Part shown: in pieces, positions 12,438 to 25,048 of the stretch
Layout: every line of letters begins with the position of its first letter
Numbering within the stretch: position 1 is the stretch's first letter
Origin: Hormiphora californensis
Taxonomy: Eukaryota; Animalia; Ctenophora
Assembly: GCA_020137815.1 (NCBI GenBank)
Contig: CM035353.1
Coordinates: forward strand, 4,402,001 to 4,466,000
Reading direction: 5' to 3'
Length of the DNA: 64,000 nt
Translations under genes and position numbers: made by a program
The notes under the pieces: generated by a model
Databases searched by the model: none
Seen by the model: the letters and a program-made list of their open reading frames with translations, nothing else
Told to the model about the DNA's origin: nothing

Positions 12438-13659
12438 TATTGGGAAGACAAAATCAAGAAACAAGAAGAATCTCCCAAAACGGTCATCAATCTTATCAAA
12501 GACGCTATAAACCTTAAAACCAGTGAAGAACCGATTACCCCATTAGAAGAAATTATCACTTTCAACCAGAATAGGGATACTAAAGAGATGGGTACTTTTG
12601 AACAGCCAATAGCTCTAGAATTTCAAGATCATGAACCACTATATCAAGCGCAAATAAACGACGAAATTCTAGCTGAAGTCAGGTCATGGCTAATTCAGAA
12701 AGAACGGCCAAAACAACCGCTCGACTCAAATTTTTCCAAAGAATTGAAAGTTTACTACAATAAATTTGATCGACTCACGCTAACCAATCAAGGCATAGTT
12801 GCTTTGAAATACATGACTGAGTCCACTGGAAAATTTCGCTGTCTTCTTTGTACTCCCGAGGCACTGAAACAAAGCATATTAGAATTAAAACATGAGAAAG
12901 CTAGTCATCCAGGTATTGTAAAAACCAAACGGTCAATTATGATGAAATTCTGGTGGCCGGGTATGACTGAACAGATCACGCTCCATGTTAAATCTTGTGA
13001 AGAGTGTTTTTTCCATAATAAAGGGTTTCATAAAAAACCTAAAATGGTAATGAAACTATATGAACAGCGAAATGTACCCAATTATCGCTGTTACATTGAC
13101 AGTATGGGGCCAATAACGAGAAATTCGGGTGCCAAAAAGCACATTTTTCTATGTACTTGTGCTTTCACTAAGTACGTAACAGGTGCCGTTGTTAGCGATA
13201 TCAAAGCACCCACGTTAGCAAAAGCTTTTCTGAACACGCATATTTTACCTTTTGGCGTACCAGAACAGGTCCTTAGTGATCAAGGATCATCAATTGACGG
13301 GGCAGAATTTATCCAAAATTTTTACAGTCTGATGGGAATAACGAAGATTCGAACGACACCATATCACCCAGCCACTAACCTAGTGGAAAGGGTAAATAAA
13401 AGTCTAAAAGCTATAATCTCAAAATTAACGCACAATAACCCTGACCAATGGGAAAAATATCTACCCATAGCTATCTCGTCCTACAATGGGACAATACACC
13501 AGGCAACAGGGTACACACCAAATTACTTATTTTTTGGTAGAGAGTTGAGAGCACCCAACGACCTGATTTATGAGACAACCTCCACACAATTTTATAGGGA
13601 TGAATCACATTATGCCCACGATTTGTATTGGAAAATGAGAGGGGTTTACGGCCTAGAAA

Positions 13660-14218
13660 AACAAGAATTATTGCATTATGTATTCATAATGCTGTGTTTC
13701 CCTGCCCTACCGTTTCACATGTCAGTGACATTGTCACTGCCAACAGGATCAAGGCTTGGTCATAATGTAATGTGAGATGCATACGATCTAGCTGTCAGTA
13801 TACTTCTCACATAGCTTAGAGTTAGCTAACTCCCAATCACATGACACTTGCTAACCAGCTTTTGACATTCCAACTTAACTACTTATCTAACATCTCACAC
13901 TCGACTCGCAAGATGAAAATGTGTATGTAACACGCGAAACGCGCGGCAGAGCATTTCATGTTTTGTTGAGTGGCACGCGCACACACGTCCATCAAACTGT
14001 GTCAATGAGTTGTTTGATGAAGGAGTAGCTCGTCACTGTGCGCGCGGCTCTAGTTGCTACACCGTTGCCCTCGCAACGAAAGTGTGACCAAAAAATGTCC
14101 CTCTACCGATTAGTTAGTATACCAAAATGTCGTTTTCGAATTCTAACCCTGCTATGCCTTTTTACAAAGTAAAAAGGCATCCGGGTGAATGCCTTCGGCA
14201 TTCACCCGGGCAGGGAAA
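13660..14218 (-). mobile_element. Helentron-associated non-autonomous element (HINE / DINE-1-like) inserted in integrase
   Basis: Sub-terminal IRs TTTCCCTGCCC (13697-13707) / GGGCAGGGAAA (14208-14218); 5' palindrome 14181-14209; 3' hairpin GCATTATG-tatt-CATAATGC (13673-13692); minus-strand end TCTTGTTTTT in a T-run target, no TSD; removal rejoins GVYGLEK-KCLKTQQ. Confidence 0.82.
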
Positions 14219-15347
14219 AAATGCCTGAAAACCCAACAAATCCAAGCTAAAAAACTTTATGACCGATCAGCAAAAATCACAAAGTATAAAGTTGGTGATC
14301 ATGTTGCCATACTGGCACCCTTAGCCCCTAAAGAAATTTCAAATAATAAATTCAAGTCAAGATTTAAAGTGCTATATCGAATAGAAAAAGTTATATCCGA
14401 CCATAATTACCTCATAAAACATGTGGAAACGGGAAAACAGAAAGTTGTTCATCACGATTTAATGAGATACGTCCCTGAAACACTAGCAAATAAACTCACT
14501 GTTCATGAAATTTGGGAAGATCCCGAAGATCAACCCATCTTGCCATACTCAGACAGCGACGACGAACCAGTAATAAGGGATAAAGGACCGACAGTAAATA
14601 AAGAAATCACTCAGACCAAACCAACACAAGAAACAACAGAACGAACAACGGACAAACAGATTGTAACACAAAATACGGAACCCTTCCAGCCCTTCCTGAG
14701 AAGGTCGAACAGATTGATGAAAATACCCGCATACCTAAATGATTATGACACAACCGGACCAAAGTAAAACACATATACTTTTAGGGATGCTGAGCGCAAA
14801 CCATATTTTGTAGATACATTTGGTTTATAGTAACATAATTCTTGTATATTTACATATTTACATTGACATTCTAGACCAGTTCAATTCTAGATCACATGTG
14901 CCTCAGCTGGTAGCAAAATGGTTTAGCCACTAAAATTTAATAAAGATAAACATTGAGGCGGTGCTGTTAAAGTTAAATAAAAACATCTTAATTGTTCCGT
15001 AAGAGAGCGTACCTACCTGCCAATCGAATGTCTGTAAAGCCATATCAAGTATGCGAGTGTTAGAAAAGTTGAGGTCATGCTGAGAAAGTTGACGACTGCG
15101 ATCGATATGAGCATGTACATAAACCGCTTTGGGCCACCACCATCTACAATAAAGGGAAATCGACACCAAAATGGACAGGTTTCAGGGTGCAGGGCCAACC
15201 AATACTGACCAAGTATGTCATGTGAAGCGGGGCATAGAGAATAGAAAGTACCGTTCCAAGAAGGGTGTAGTTAAATGGTAGGTAAGTGAAGGGCCATCGG
15301 ATTTGGATGAATCGAAGAGAGAAAATGGCTGTAATCATAATTGGAGC

Positions 15348-16045
15348 GTGAGGAAGTTTTGTTTTCTCCTTCCGGCTGGACAAATGAGTAGACGTAGATT
15401 TTATTGTAGAATAACGCAGTGCACTATAAACAGTTTCATAATAAGACAGTACCCGATTTGATTTTTGAGATTATTACAACAGAGTCACGTATCTTATATA
15501 GAAAGATTATAGAAGCATATTATATTAACAGAGAGAAGCCTACTATTAATTTAAAAGAAGAGTTGACTGATCTATCTAGATTCCTTATTTCTTAATATTA
15601 TCCGTTTTTAGTATTTTCTAACGGCCATATTGGTCATTGAGTATTTTTAGCTAGATATCTTTTTGAGCAGTCGCGTGATTCCTATCTTATTTCACTATCT
15701 GATCTTATTTCTTTACTATTTAAACCCCGTTTATTTCCTAGTCTTTACTTTTTGTTTTATAATTTTTCCAGTCCCGCGTGTAGTTTTTCAACCTTTTACT
15801 ATTTCACTAAATTAGCTTAGCTTTAGAATTTTCCAGTAATTTTTATTTTACGATTGGTATGTGTACAGTTTTTTCTAACATGTGTATTCCGTTTATTATA
15901 GCCTGAAGATGGTGCTGTGCGCCGAAATTGATAGCGTTATTCTACAATAAAATCTACGTCTACTCATTTGTCCAGCCGGAAGGAGAAAACAAAACTTCCT
16001 CACTGATATGCGGCTAATAAACAATCAACCGATCCTTATTCTCTC
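15348..16045 (+). mobile_element. 5'-truncated Penelope-like element (GIY-YIG C-terminus, pLTR, inverted 70-bp end)
   Basis: HYKQFH..FEII..RKIIEAYYINREKPTINLKEE* (~15420-15595); 15348-15417 is the reverse complement of 15934-16003; 14-bp direct repeat CATAATTGGAGCGT at 15336-15349 and 16046-16059. Confidence 0.85.
15901..15936 (+). ncRNA. Minimal hammerhead-ribozyme-like motif in the Penelope pLTR
   Basis: CTGAAGA-T-GGTGC-tgt-GCGCC-GAAA-TTGA-TA^GC; core boxes and stem II present, stem I weak. Confidence 0.62.
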
Positions 16046-16521
16046 CATAATTGGAGCGTACTGCAGAGTATAATAGACCGCAACTGATACTGACAAATCA
16101 AATATAGCCGCCCTACTGAAGCCACTGTAGAATATATAGTAATCCTCGCATATCACATCCGAAATATTATGAGTTAACCAGTCCCCCAAATCACAGGTCC
16201 TTATCACTCCAAAGTTTTGACAGTGTCACCAGGCTGAGAGCCGGGCTGAACAGAAGATCCGAGCATGCAAGGATTATGTAGAGACATTGAAAATTGAATG
16301 TTTCTTGTAGTAGCTCCACCAGATTCCGAGATTCTCCGAGATCACACCTAGAAAGATAGAATATGAGAAACTCACACAACTCAGGACCACCATAGAAGTA
16401 TAAAGCAACAAAATTTGCATCAGCATCAGCAATAGCATTAATTTGGAACTCACCACACACACACACACGTATCCAGCCTAAGGGATATTGTGGGTCAATA
16501 ATAATATAGATTTCCTAATAG

Positions 16522-19500
16522 AGAAAATTATCACGTACAATTAAATCAGGCCATATGTATATGTAGAAAATTTACCTACTGACAGCCGGGGCAGCCGGGG
16601 CACTCCGGCAGTCCCGTCCCCCAATGGTACCGGGGGTTCTGGCACTGCCTAGCACGGCACACCAGGACTTCCGGATCTACACAGAACCCTAGTGCATCCG
16701 GACCATGCACCACTACAAATCCCGCCAGGTCGCACATACAGTACAATATCAGGAGAGAAGATAGAGATAGATCCCCTCACCAAGTCCCACCATCTTATGG
16801 TACCGTTCAAGGTCCGGGCACAACGTATTAAATCCAGCTTTACTCGGGAGTGCAACTTACTCCAACATTCACTGTATCTGGTTTTTCTTCGGTCTGAAAT
16901 GGGATTAATATTAAGTTTGAGATAATACTCACTACTTTCTATCTATTTTAATCAGTACCATCTTTACCCCATTATTTCTCAATTTTCTAATAATTATTAC
17001 CCATGGTAAAATCCGTTCGAACGTTATTTGCAGCTCATCAGTGGTGAAACTGACAGACTGTATTTTCCCGTCTTCTTCCCAATTCAGGACTGTTTCAGAC
17101 ATGTTCTCTATTAAATATATGTAGTTAAGTCCCATTATTATTACATGTTGAGTGCACGTGCAATAACTATTTTCCCCGTTAGGCAACAACAAACATCAAT
17201 TTATTTTCTTAATTAAAGATTTATTTTTTAATAAATTCAGATATTCTCCAAATTAAAACCAAAACACCCCCACACAAAACAACAACCCCACACAAAATCC
17301 ACACCACAATCTCCAGAAAGTAATATCTGACAGAAATATAGTCAGACAATCACAGATAACATATTCATAATGTTATACATAGTTTTACTTTTTTGCACTG
17401 GAAAAGCTTCCGCCCGGGTCCAACTTGGCGGAGTACCGTTATCTCTACTATCTTATTCTTATCTCCAAATTCTATGCGTAGTTTGGACTCAGTGTGTATG
17501 CTAACTTGGTCCATTGCTATGGGGGGGTCTACTGAGTCACGCATATTCCCCCTCCATAGCTCCGCTATGGTGCTCAGTATAATATCTCTACCCAGGGATA
17601 GAATATCAAACACAGGATTGCGGGTAATAAAGAAATAGATAATCACTACAATATGTTCCATACCCTGTTATATATTCTCACTACAATTATGGCACTACTA
17701 TATATTATGTAATAAGAGCACTGGTATAATATCTAGTTGGATTCTATAAAGTATATCAACGCAAGCTTGATGAGAGCAGAACCGAAGAGCATGGCCAGAC
17801 GATAGCTCTGAGGTAGGCTGGGTGAGTAGGGCTGCATCAGGGGTGGGTCTCCAACAAACGACAAATGGCAGTACCCACAGCTCTGGCTTATATAGTCCCC
17901 TGAGAAGGCAAAATACGCGAGACGCTAGGCGTCTCACTTAATCGGTCCAAGCCGTCTATCTCTTCCCCTAGAGACAAGTGTGCGCAATAATCGGCTCTCC
18001 CTCTCTGTGATGATAGACATCACGAGGCGCTGATCCGCTATAATGGTTCTCTCCCTCTCTGCTAACCCACGTCATGAGGTAAACAAGCAGAGACAAGTGT
18101 GCGCACAGCAGAGACAGAGTGTCCATACAGCTCTCCCTCTTCGCTGTGGTTAGGGAAGGATCTATCTAGATCTCTCTTTCTCTCTCCAACGGTTAGAGAG
18201 TCTGACTTCAGCGCTGGTGAGAGTCTCGTCATGATATGCACCGCGGGATACCGCGTACACTCCCACCCCGTAATTCTGGAGGTAGCCGTCCGCGTTTGAG
18301 TCTTTGAAATCGGCCGAAGGTCGAGTAGTCTGGTCGAGTAGTCGGGTCGAGTGGTCTGGTTCACTCCCACCCCGTAATTCTGGAGATGGCCGTCTGCGTT
18401 TGAGTCTTTGAAAAAAGGTCGAGTAGTCTAGTCTAACTACTCCGTTTCTGCCGCGGTTTGTCCGCGTACACCCCCCTCCTCACGAAAGCCAAGCCAAGCC
18501 CGCTCCACCGCTCCTTCCATTACTCCAATACTACTAATTTCACTTTTTACTTATCTCTTTTTATTATTTCTAATATTTTTAACATAGTCTATAGCTTTTC
18601 ATATTCATTTTAACTTCTATAATTCACATATTGTCTTCTAACGGGTGACAACTAAAAATTGTTACTAATTTAAAACAGCTGTAGAATTTTTCCCTTTTGA
18701 GATACAGCTTCGGGCCAGTGATAGAACGATTTTTCGGACAATTTTGAATCATGATAACATAACGGCGATGACTAAAACGTTCATTCTCATAGCGATATCG
18801 GATCATTTCCTCTTGCCCCACCAAAGTATATAGTCCATGAAATCTACACGTTTTTCTAGCACCTCTAGCGCCTGTTCTAGTCGAAATACAGCTTCGGGCC
18901 AGTGATAGAATGATTTTTCAGACAATTTTGAACGAAATTAACTTTGCTTCAAACTTCATAAATCTCAATTCCTGATCAGAATCTTCTGTAACAAAGCGTA
19001 GTTTACAGGTAATTTGAGAAATCGCCATTTCGACATCTCTCGAAACATTAATGACCGTGGAAACCCAACTTCCTAATCAGCCAAAATCTTCAAACTTGGC
19101 AGTTATGTTGGTTATGGCATGAACAACCAGACTTCCAATTATGAGAATTCTATCTCATCGGGAAGGTCATTTCTGATAACATAGAAATTTCAAATCTCCG
19201 TACTATATGCTTTGGTGGGGCAAGAGGAAATGATCCGATATCGCTATGAGAATGAACGTTTTAGTCATCGCCGTTATGTTATCATGATTCAAAATTGTCC
19301 GAAAAATCGTTCTATCACTGGCCCGAAGCTGTATCTCAAAAAGGAAAAATTCTACAGCTGTTTTAAATTAGTAACAATTTTTAGTTGTCACCCGTTAAAA
19401 CCCGTGATTGATCCTTCAGCCCTAAGGGGGCGAGTGAAAGGGGGAAAGGTCTTCAACTCCGGGTTTAACATCACATCTCCTGATCTTTTGATCATTCTGC

Positions 19501-21209
19501 AAAAGGAATGCCTCACTGTGAAAAACCCGGAAAACCAGAGGAACACGTACCACGCGCTTTGGGCGCCGTCAATGTTAGTTATCTCCGTGAAGTCCGGGTA
19601 TATTTTCCAGGAGTTGCTTTCTTCCCAGGAGTTGATCCCTTCGTCAACTTTTCCGGATAATTCCTCTATCGTGATCGGGGCGTTGTTTCCCAACAACTAA
19701 TATATGTGTTTTTTCAACATTTAGTTCTGGTTGCTATATGATTGTTTCATTGTGGTTGTTAGACAGTACCTTTATATAGAGTTTGTGAACATTTAGTTAC
19801 GTCTCCTAAATTTGATATCATATCAGTGCCGTGTGTTTTTGTTACGTATCCGTCCCTAATTATACATTCTATGACCGTATTTGTTTTAGTTTTAAGCCAT
19901 TAGATTCGCACTTTGGGTTGAGATGACCCGTATTTGTATTTCTATTGCCTGCTTTGTCTTCACATGTTGAATGAGTGTATGTGATCGCGATATTTATTTT
20001 CTGGCCAGTAAACTTTTCTATTTGATGTAGTTGTCTTTTTAGACCCAAAAAAATTGCTGGATACTTTGCACGTTTTCTCTGTAACTTTGATTGATTTGGC
20101 TTTTTACCTGTACCTTTGATGTTTCGTTTCCAAAGTGTTACGTTGTAAATTGTCGGGTTGTCATTGTCACATTTAAAGACTGCGGACTTTAAATAGTTGC
20201 TTAGCAGTCCTGCCGTCACATATCATGGCAGTGCTATTGACACTGCCAATGATGATAGCAAATAGAACAGTTGCTACCAAGTTTCTCATCTGAAAAACAT
20301 AGGCTGGTTGTGTGAGTCTGTTCTTTTCGTCAGTCGAGTGATCAAGTCGTCTGAGTTCGGGTCACACGTCAACTTCCCTATGTGGTCGACCTTCTTCAGA
20401 TGTGCCTTGGATGCTATGGATGCAATGATGTTATGATGCTACGATGCTATGTTATTTCGTTTTTTTTCTATGTTTATCTAAACTTTTTCCAATTACACTA
20501 GCTACTATGTCTTATCTAAGAATCGATAGACCTTCCGGACCATTGACGAATGGTATAGGTTATTCTGGATAATAACTCGTCACACCGGATCACCGGTTGA
20601 TTGGGGTCTATTAAACCCATGCCTCATTTCCGCACTACTTGGGACGAAATCATCGGCTTGGTCTGTTATCATTCAATTATCCTTTTGTTGGAGTGCCCCG
20701 GCAGTGGGGCACCCCAAGTTGGCGGTAATCTACACTGCATATGTGATCTCGCGGGGTTCGTCTTTATATGTCACGATCGACATGAGGTTTACAAATGTGG
20801 ACAATGGTACCGGATTTTCCGGTTGATTTGTTTTCATGTGGGATACCCCGTCAATTGGGTGCGTTAAACCCCTGTCTGGTGGTCGCGTTAATCGGCCAGA
20901 GTTACAGGGCGCTGTGTGCATTATCACGCCCTGATCCGCTTACTCGAGTGTCCCCATGTGGGGCACCCTCGGTAGGCGTACTCTGTACTATGTGCACCTG
21001 GCGGGATTTGTAGTGGTGTATGGTCCGATGCGCTAGGATTCCGGGTCGATCCCGAAGTCCTAGTGTGTCGGGCCAGGCAGTGCCGGTACCCCCGGCACCA
21101 TTGGGAGACTGGACTGCCGGACTGCCCCGGCTGTCCTGGCTGCCAATAGTTAAATTTTCTTTTCTTTTAAATACGTATGGCCTGATTTAATTGTACGTGA
21201 TAATTTTCT
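16522..21209. repeat. Pair of ~220-bp imperfect inverted repeats (16522-16745 / 20984-21209) bounding 4.7 kb
   Basis: AGAAAATTATCACGTACAATTAAATCAGGCCATA... matches the reverse complement ending at 21209; no TSD seen. Confidence 0.75.
18641..19395. mobile_element. Non-autonomous DNA transposon with ~190-bp TIRs (ACGGGTGACAAC...), TA duplication
   Basis: Near-perfect TIRs; they explain the twin 'MVGQEEMIRY' ORFs on opposite strands. Confidence 0.9.
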
Positions 21210-21504
21210 TTCCCCCTTTTATTTCTAAAACTCTTTCTTTCAGGGGCAGCATTGTACCACCCCTCCTCCTAAGATCGGAGACGGTAAGTTAATCCTTTCA
21301 TTGAGTTCCCTTTTGGATAAAAATTTTTCCAAAATAATTTTTCAGGGGAGGGGTGTGCACGGGGTCGAACATCGGGACCCCAGTCTCCATCGGGACCCCC
21401 AGTCTCCATGAGCTCATGCTTCAATGGTAAGTTTGAATGCTTATTTGTTATAACTAAGGTAGTGTAATAATATTTTCCGTACTGACTTTGACCTGTTGAC
21501 TGCA

Positions 21505-21600
21505 AAAATGTCCCTCTACCGATTAGTTAGTATACCAAAATGTCGTTTTCGAATTCTAACCCTGCTATGCCTTTTTACAAAGTAAAAATGCATCCGGGTG
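21505..21600 (-). mobile_element. Fragment of the same HINE family as 13660-14218
   Basis: Near-identical to ~14092-14188 (aaaaatgtccctctaccgattagttag...catccgggtg). Confidence 0.85.
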
Positions 21601-22498
21601 AAAAAAAAAATATTTTAATCATATGTGTTTTGTGATAATGTTGTTCTAACACTGTTTCCCTCTTTTCAGAAGGAGATAGGCTGACCCCCGCCACCTGAGG
21701 AGAGGAACAAAGTGGTCACAAAACACATGAGCGATGTGGACATTTGTCCAGTTGACGTGCAATGAGGAATGAGCAATTGGGACTTGTTTGTGGGTGTAGT
21801 GACATTAATGAGAATAACGAACTGAGCAATGTCTGATTTAGAGTGGTTTCACATTGAATTTTTTTATCGAATTTGGTTAGATAATTGTCATTGTCCAGTC
21901 TTCACAACATTCCCTCTGCGGCATGGAATCTCCATGGTCCTCTCATTGCTGGGTCATTACAACTTTCATGCCACCCTGTCTGCAGATATAGTTCTTACTG
22001 TCCCGTCTCGCCAACAGCCCACATGAGTAAGGGGTACCGAACCCAATCAATCCGTCTGGGTTGGCATCTCCAATACAGAACATTTGGGCTTTAGGCAGAG
22101 AGAATCACACCACTTCGGGTTGGTATCACATTTATCTGCGGGGTACACCAAAGAATCCTATCCCTCTTGCCACCCCACTTCAACTCTCCCCTCCAGTCTG
22201 CTCTTATGTTGTGTCCTCACTGTTCTACCCCTATCACTCCTCCCACCCCGGTCGCCACCTACTCCCGCTCCCTTCCCCAACCGACCCGCGGAAATTACTG
22301 GAAGAATTATAGGCGAAAGAAGGGCGAGAAGTCGATCGGCTGAAATCTACAATCGCTCGGCTGAATGCGACAGTCGATCGGCAGAACGGGGACGCAGGTT
22401 GGTAACATAGACACCTGGCGCGACCCTATGTCACCAAAAGTTACCAGTCGTCGTGCTGTGCTATCTGTAGACATGTCTAGACATAAGAACCCTGTTAT

Positions 22499-22648
22499 GG
22501 GGGAAAACAGTCGTGCCTGAACCTCAGGTCAAGTGCACGGCTATTCTCTGAAATTTAAGGCATAGCTGTCACTGAAACCTGAGAACTCAGGTCTCAGTGG
22601 AAAATAGCTGTGCACTGGACTTGAGGTTCAGGCACGTCTGTTTTCCCC
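22499..22648. mobile_element. Small palindromic MITE (GGGGAAAACAG termini); miniature relative at ~24147-24196
   Basis: Arms GGGGAAAACAGTCGTGCCTGAACCTCA / TGAGGTTCAGGCACGTCTGTTTTCCCC. Confidence 0.75.
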
Positions 22649-22749
22649 TATGCACGTCCCACTCTCTCTTGTGCTGCAGGCCAGTTGACGTCAGGGAGGA
22701 AGATGAATCATCGTAACCAGCACCACTGTATCTCGTATATCGGGATATA

Positions 22750-23465
22750 ACGGGTGACAACTAAAAATTGTCCTAATTTAAAACGGCTGTAAAATTTTCC
22801 CTTTTGAGATACAGCTTCGGCCAGTGATAGAACGATTTTGACAATTTTGAATCGAATAACATACCGGCAAGTCTAAAAGTTCATTTCTTGCGATATCGTC
22901 ATTTCCTCTTGCCCCCCCAAAGCATTAGTACGGAGATTTGAAATTTCTATGTATCAGAAGACCTTCCCGATGAGATAGAATTCTCAAAATTGGAAGTCTG
23001 GTTGTTATACCATAACCACATAACTGCCAAGTTTAAAATTTTGCTATTAGGAAGTTGGTTTCCACGGTCATTAATGTTCAAGGATTGTCGAAATGGCGAT
23101 TTCTCAAATTACCTGTAAACTACGCTTTTAACGAAGATTCTGATCAGGAATTGAGATTTAGAAGTTTGAAGCAAAGTTAATTTCGTTCAAAATTGTCTGA
23201 AAAATCTATATCACTATCCCGAAGCTGATTCAAACAGAACAGGCGCTAGAGGTGCTAGAAATGTGTAGATTTCACGTACTTCATCTTGGGTGGGGCAAGA
23301 GGAAATGATCGATATCGCTATAGAAATGAACTTTTTTCTTCGCCGTTATGTTTTCTGATTGATAAAATTGTCTGAAAAATCGTTCTATCACTGGCCCGAA
23401 GCTGTATCTCAAAGGGAAAATTTCTACAGCTGTTTTAAATAGTACAATTTTTAGTTGTCACCCGT
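22750..23465. mobile_element. Second, more indel-rich copy of the 18641-19395 TIR element, opposite internal orientation
   Basis: Same ACGGGTGACAAC TIRs with TA flanks. Confidence 0.88.
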
Positions 23466-23567
23466 TATGAAAATAGAAAGGGGGGTTAGAAGCCAGAAGG
23501 TGGTTAAGAGTATATAATCCCGATAACAATGACACCATGCCAAATTACCAGAGACTTTATAGTCACC

Positions 23568-23718
23568 AGAGACCTTCATTCACCAAGAATGTTTACATAT
23601 ATTTACCTAACAAGTTTGTTATATCATGGTTTACTGCACCTGCAAAGACCTTCATTTCACCAGATGTTTACATATATTTACCTAACAAGTTTGATATATC
23701 ATGGTTTACTGCGCCTGA
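23568..23718 (+). repeat. Tandem duplication of a ~78-bp unit
   Basis: agaccttcatt..tgtttacatatatttacctaacaagtttg..tatcatggtttactgc occurs twice. Confidence 0.85.
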
Positions 23719-24439
23719 TAGACTGGTCACTTCATGAGGACATGATGAGGAATAAATGATGAGGAAGTTACTCAGCGCGCGTTACAGATCCGGTTTGATT
23801 CACTTAAAAAATTAATAGCTCCTCAATGAAAATGCACCAAAGCGGATCTGTATAGTGTATAAATCGCTCCTTAGAGGGGTTATTTCGTAACCAAGAGGAA
23901 TACGTACCTTCCTATCTATCTACGGAGTGCCTGGGCTTGCCAACGGCAAGCCCACAGGGGACTATCACAAAGCGATATCGCCGGCACTAGGAGAATAGCC
24001 CCCGGCCCCCTCCCCCACCGTCAGGAACTGTCCAAAGGTATAGGTTCACATTATAAGTGGCGACGAGTTCGGGAGAGTAAACTCGTGCCTTTGGGAATGT
24101 AGTGACTATAAGACTGGAATGAAATTACCTGTGTAAAGGGGACCAATGGGGGAAGTCGTGCCTGAACCTCAGGTTCAGCCACGACTATTTTCCCCAATAA
24201 GGAAACAGGAACAACCACAACAAACATGATGGAATTAACAATTTGTGTTAACATGAGAATTAAACAGAGCCAGCGCTAATTTGTCTTGTTAGTTTGAACA
24301 AGACTCCAAATCAGGTAATTAAAACTGCACCATTTGCACCATTTGCCATTGCTCTTAAACTTTTGTTACCAACCTAATTTTAATTCAAACATGTAATTAA
24401 CATAAAACCTGAACCAACTATTAATTATTGAACTTTTTC

Positions 24440-24756
24440 CTCAGGAACCTTGGTTAACTACGACAGATTGGTAGAATGGAAGGAGAAAACTGGCAAGAGG
24501 TATCGCGGTGCCACTGCGATCACGATTGTTGCAGGTAGAGACAAGCAACCGGAGACTTTCGATCAAAGAGGTCGATAAGTTTAAGACTGTCTCGGCAGGG
24601 GCCCGCCAGGCAGCAAAGACGTTGATATATGAGTCAACGGCCCCGATCAGAGACGCCTTGATCGGCAACGCACCGTTAACCATGGTTCTACGTGGAATCG
24701 ACCGCTCCATCGGTACTTTTTACCGTTATGGGAGTGATCTCTCCTTCCCTTTCTAA
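24440..24756 (+). pseudogene. Small helical ORF family ('ORF-X'), subfamily 1 member, unknown function
   Basis: PLRSRLL..SAGARQAAKTLIYESTAPIRDAL..IDRSIGTFYRYGSDLSFP aligns with 36810-36930, 43207-43434 and 49972-50170. Confidence 0.55.
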
Positions 24757-25048
24757 CACATGGAAGAAAATCGGGAGGTACCGGCCCTCCCAACCAGAAA
24801 ACCACTGGAGGAAAGCCTAGCTTCCCTCAACAACCCAGGAGCTCGAGCGCCAGCCGAGGGGCCAGGAGAGGCAATGGGAAAAGAGGGAGGTATTGAGTTG
24901 ATTAATTTTTAATTTATTTGTCCAAAAATGCGTCCTATTTTGATCTCCGAAAATACATGCACGGAGGGGTGGATGGGGGAACAAACATTGTTTGTCAAAC
25001 AAAACCCCGGGATGAGAAAAACCACTCATCATTCGTCCTACCATACAC

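Larger units (their letters stand above)
9985..14767 (+). pseudogene. pol: Gypsy pol polyprotein (PR-RT-RH-IN), disrupted
   Basis: LLIDSGA protease, MCTDYRQLN and YLDDIL RT, WCDAS RNase H, HPGIVKT and SDQG..TTPYHP integrase. Lesions: 7-bp insertion ~10930, in-frame TAG 11405-11407, stop/deletion ~12180, inserts at 12264 and 13660. Confidence 0.93.
7250..14900 (+). mobile_element. Ty3/Gypsy LTR retrotransposon, element B (boundaries approximate)
   Basis: gag 8264-9982 followed by pol PR-RT-RH-IN to 14767; LTRs not confidently located. Confidence 0.92.
14930..16468 (-). pseudogene. Rhodopsin-like 7TM GPCR pseudogene interrupted by a Penelope insertion
   Basis: Hydrophobic segments in order: SIFLGVISENLGIWWSYY (TM1), LYIILACSDLL (TM2), VYYTLQYAPIM|ITAIFSLRFIQIRWPF (TM3, joined across the insertion), LLGTVLSILYAPL (TM4), LISIAVVNFLSMTSTFLTLAYLI (TM5). 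Confidence 0.68.

Noticed and set aside
18624-19700. Twin 'MVGQEEMIRY' ORFs on opposite strands
   Set aside because: Chance translations of a MITE's terminal inverted repeats.
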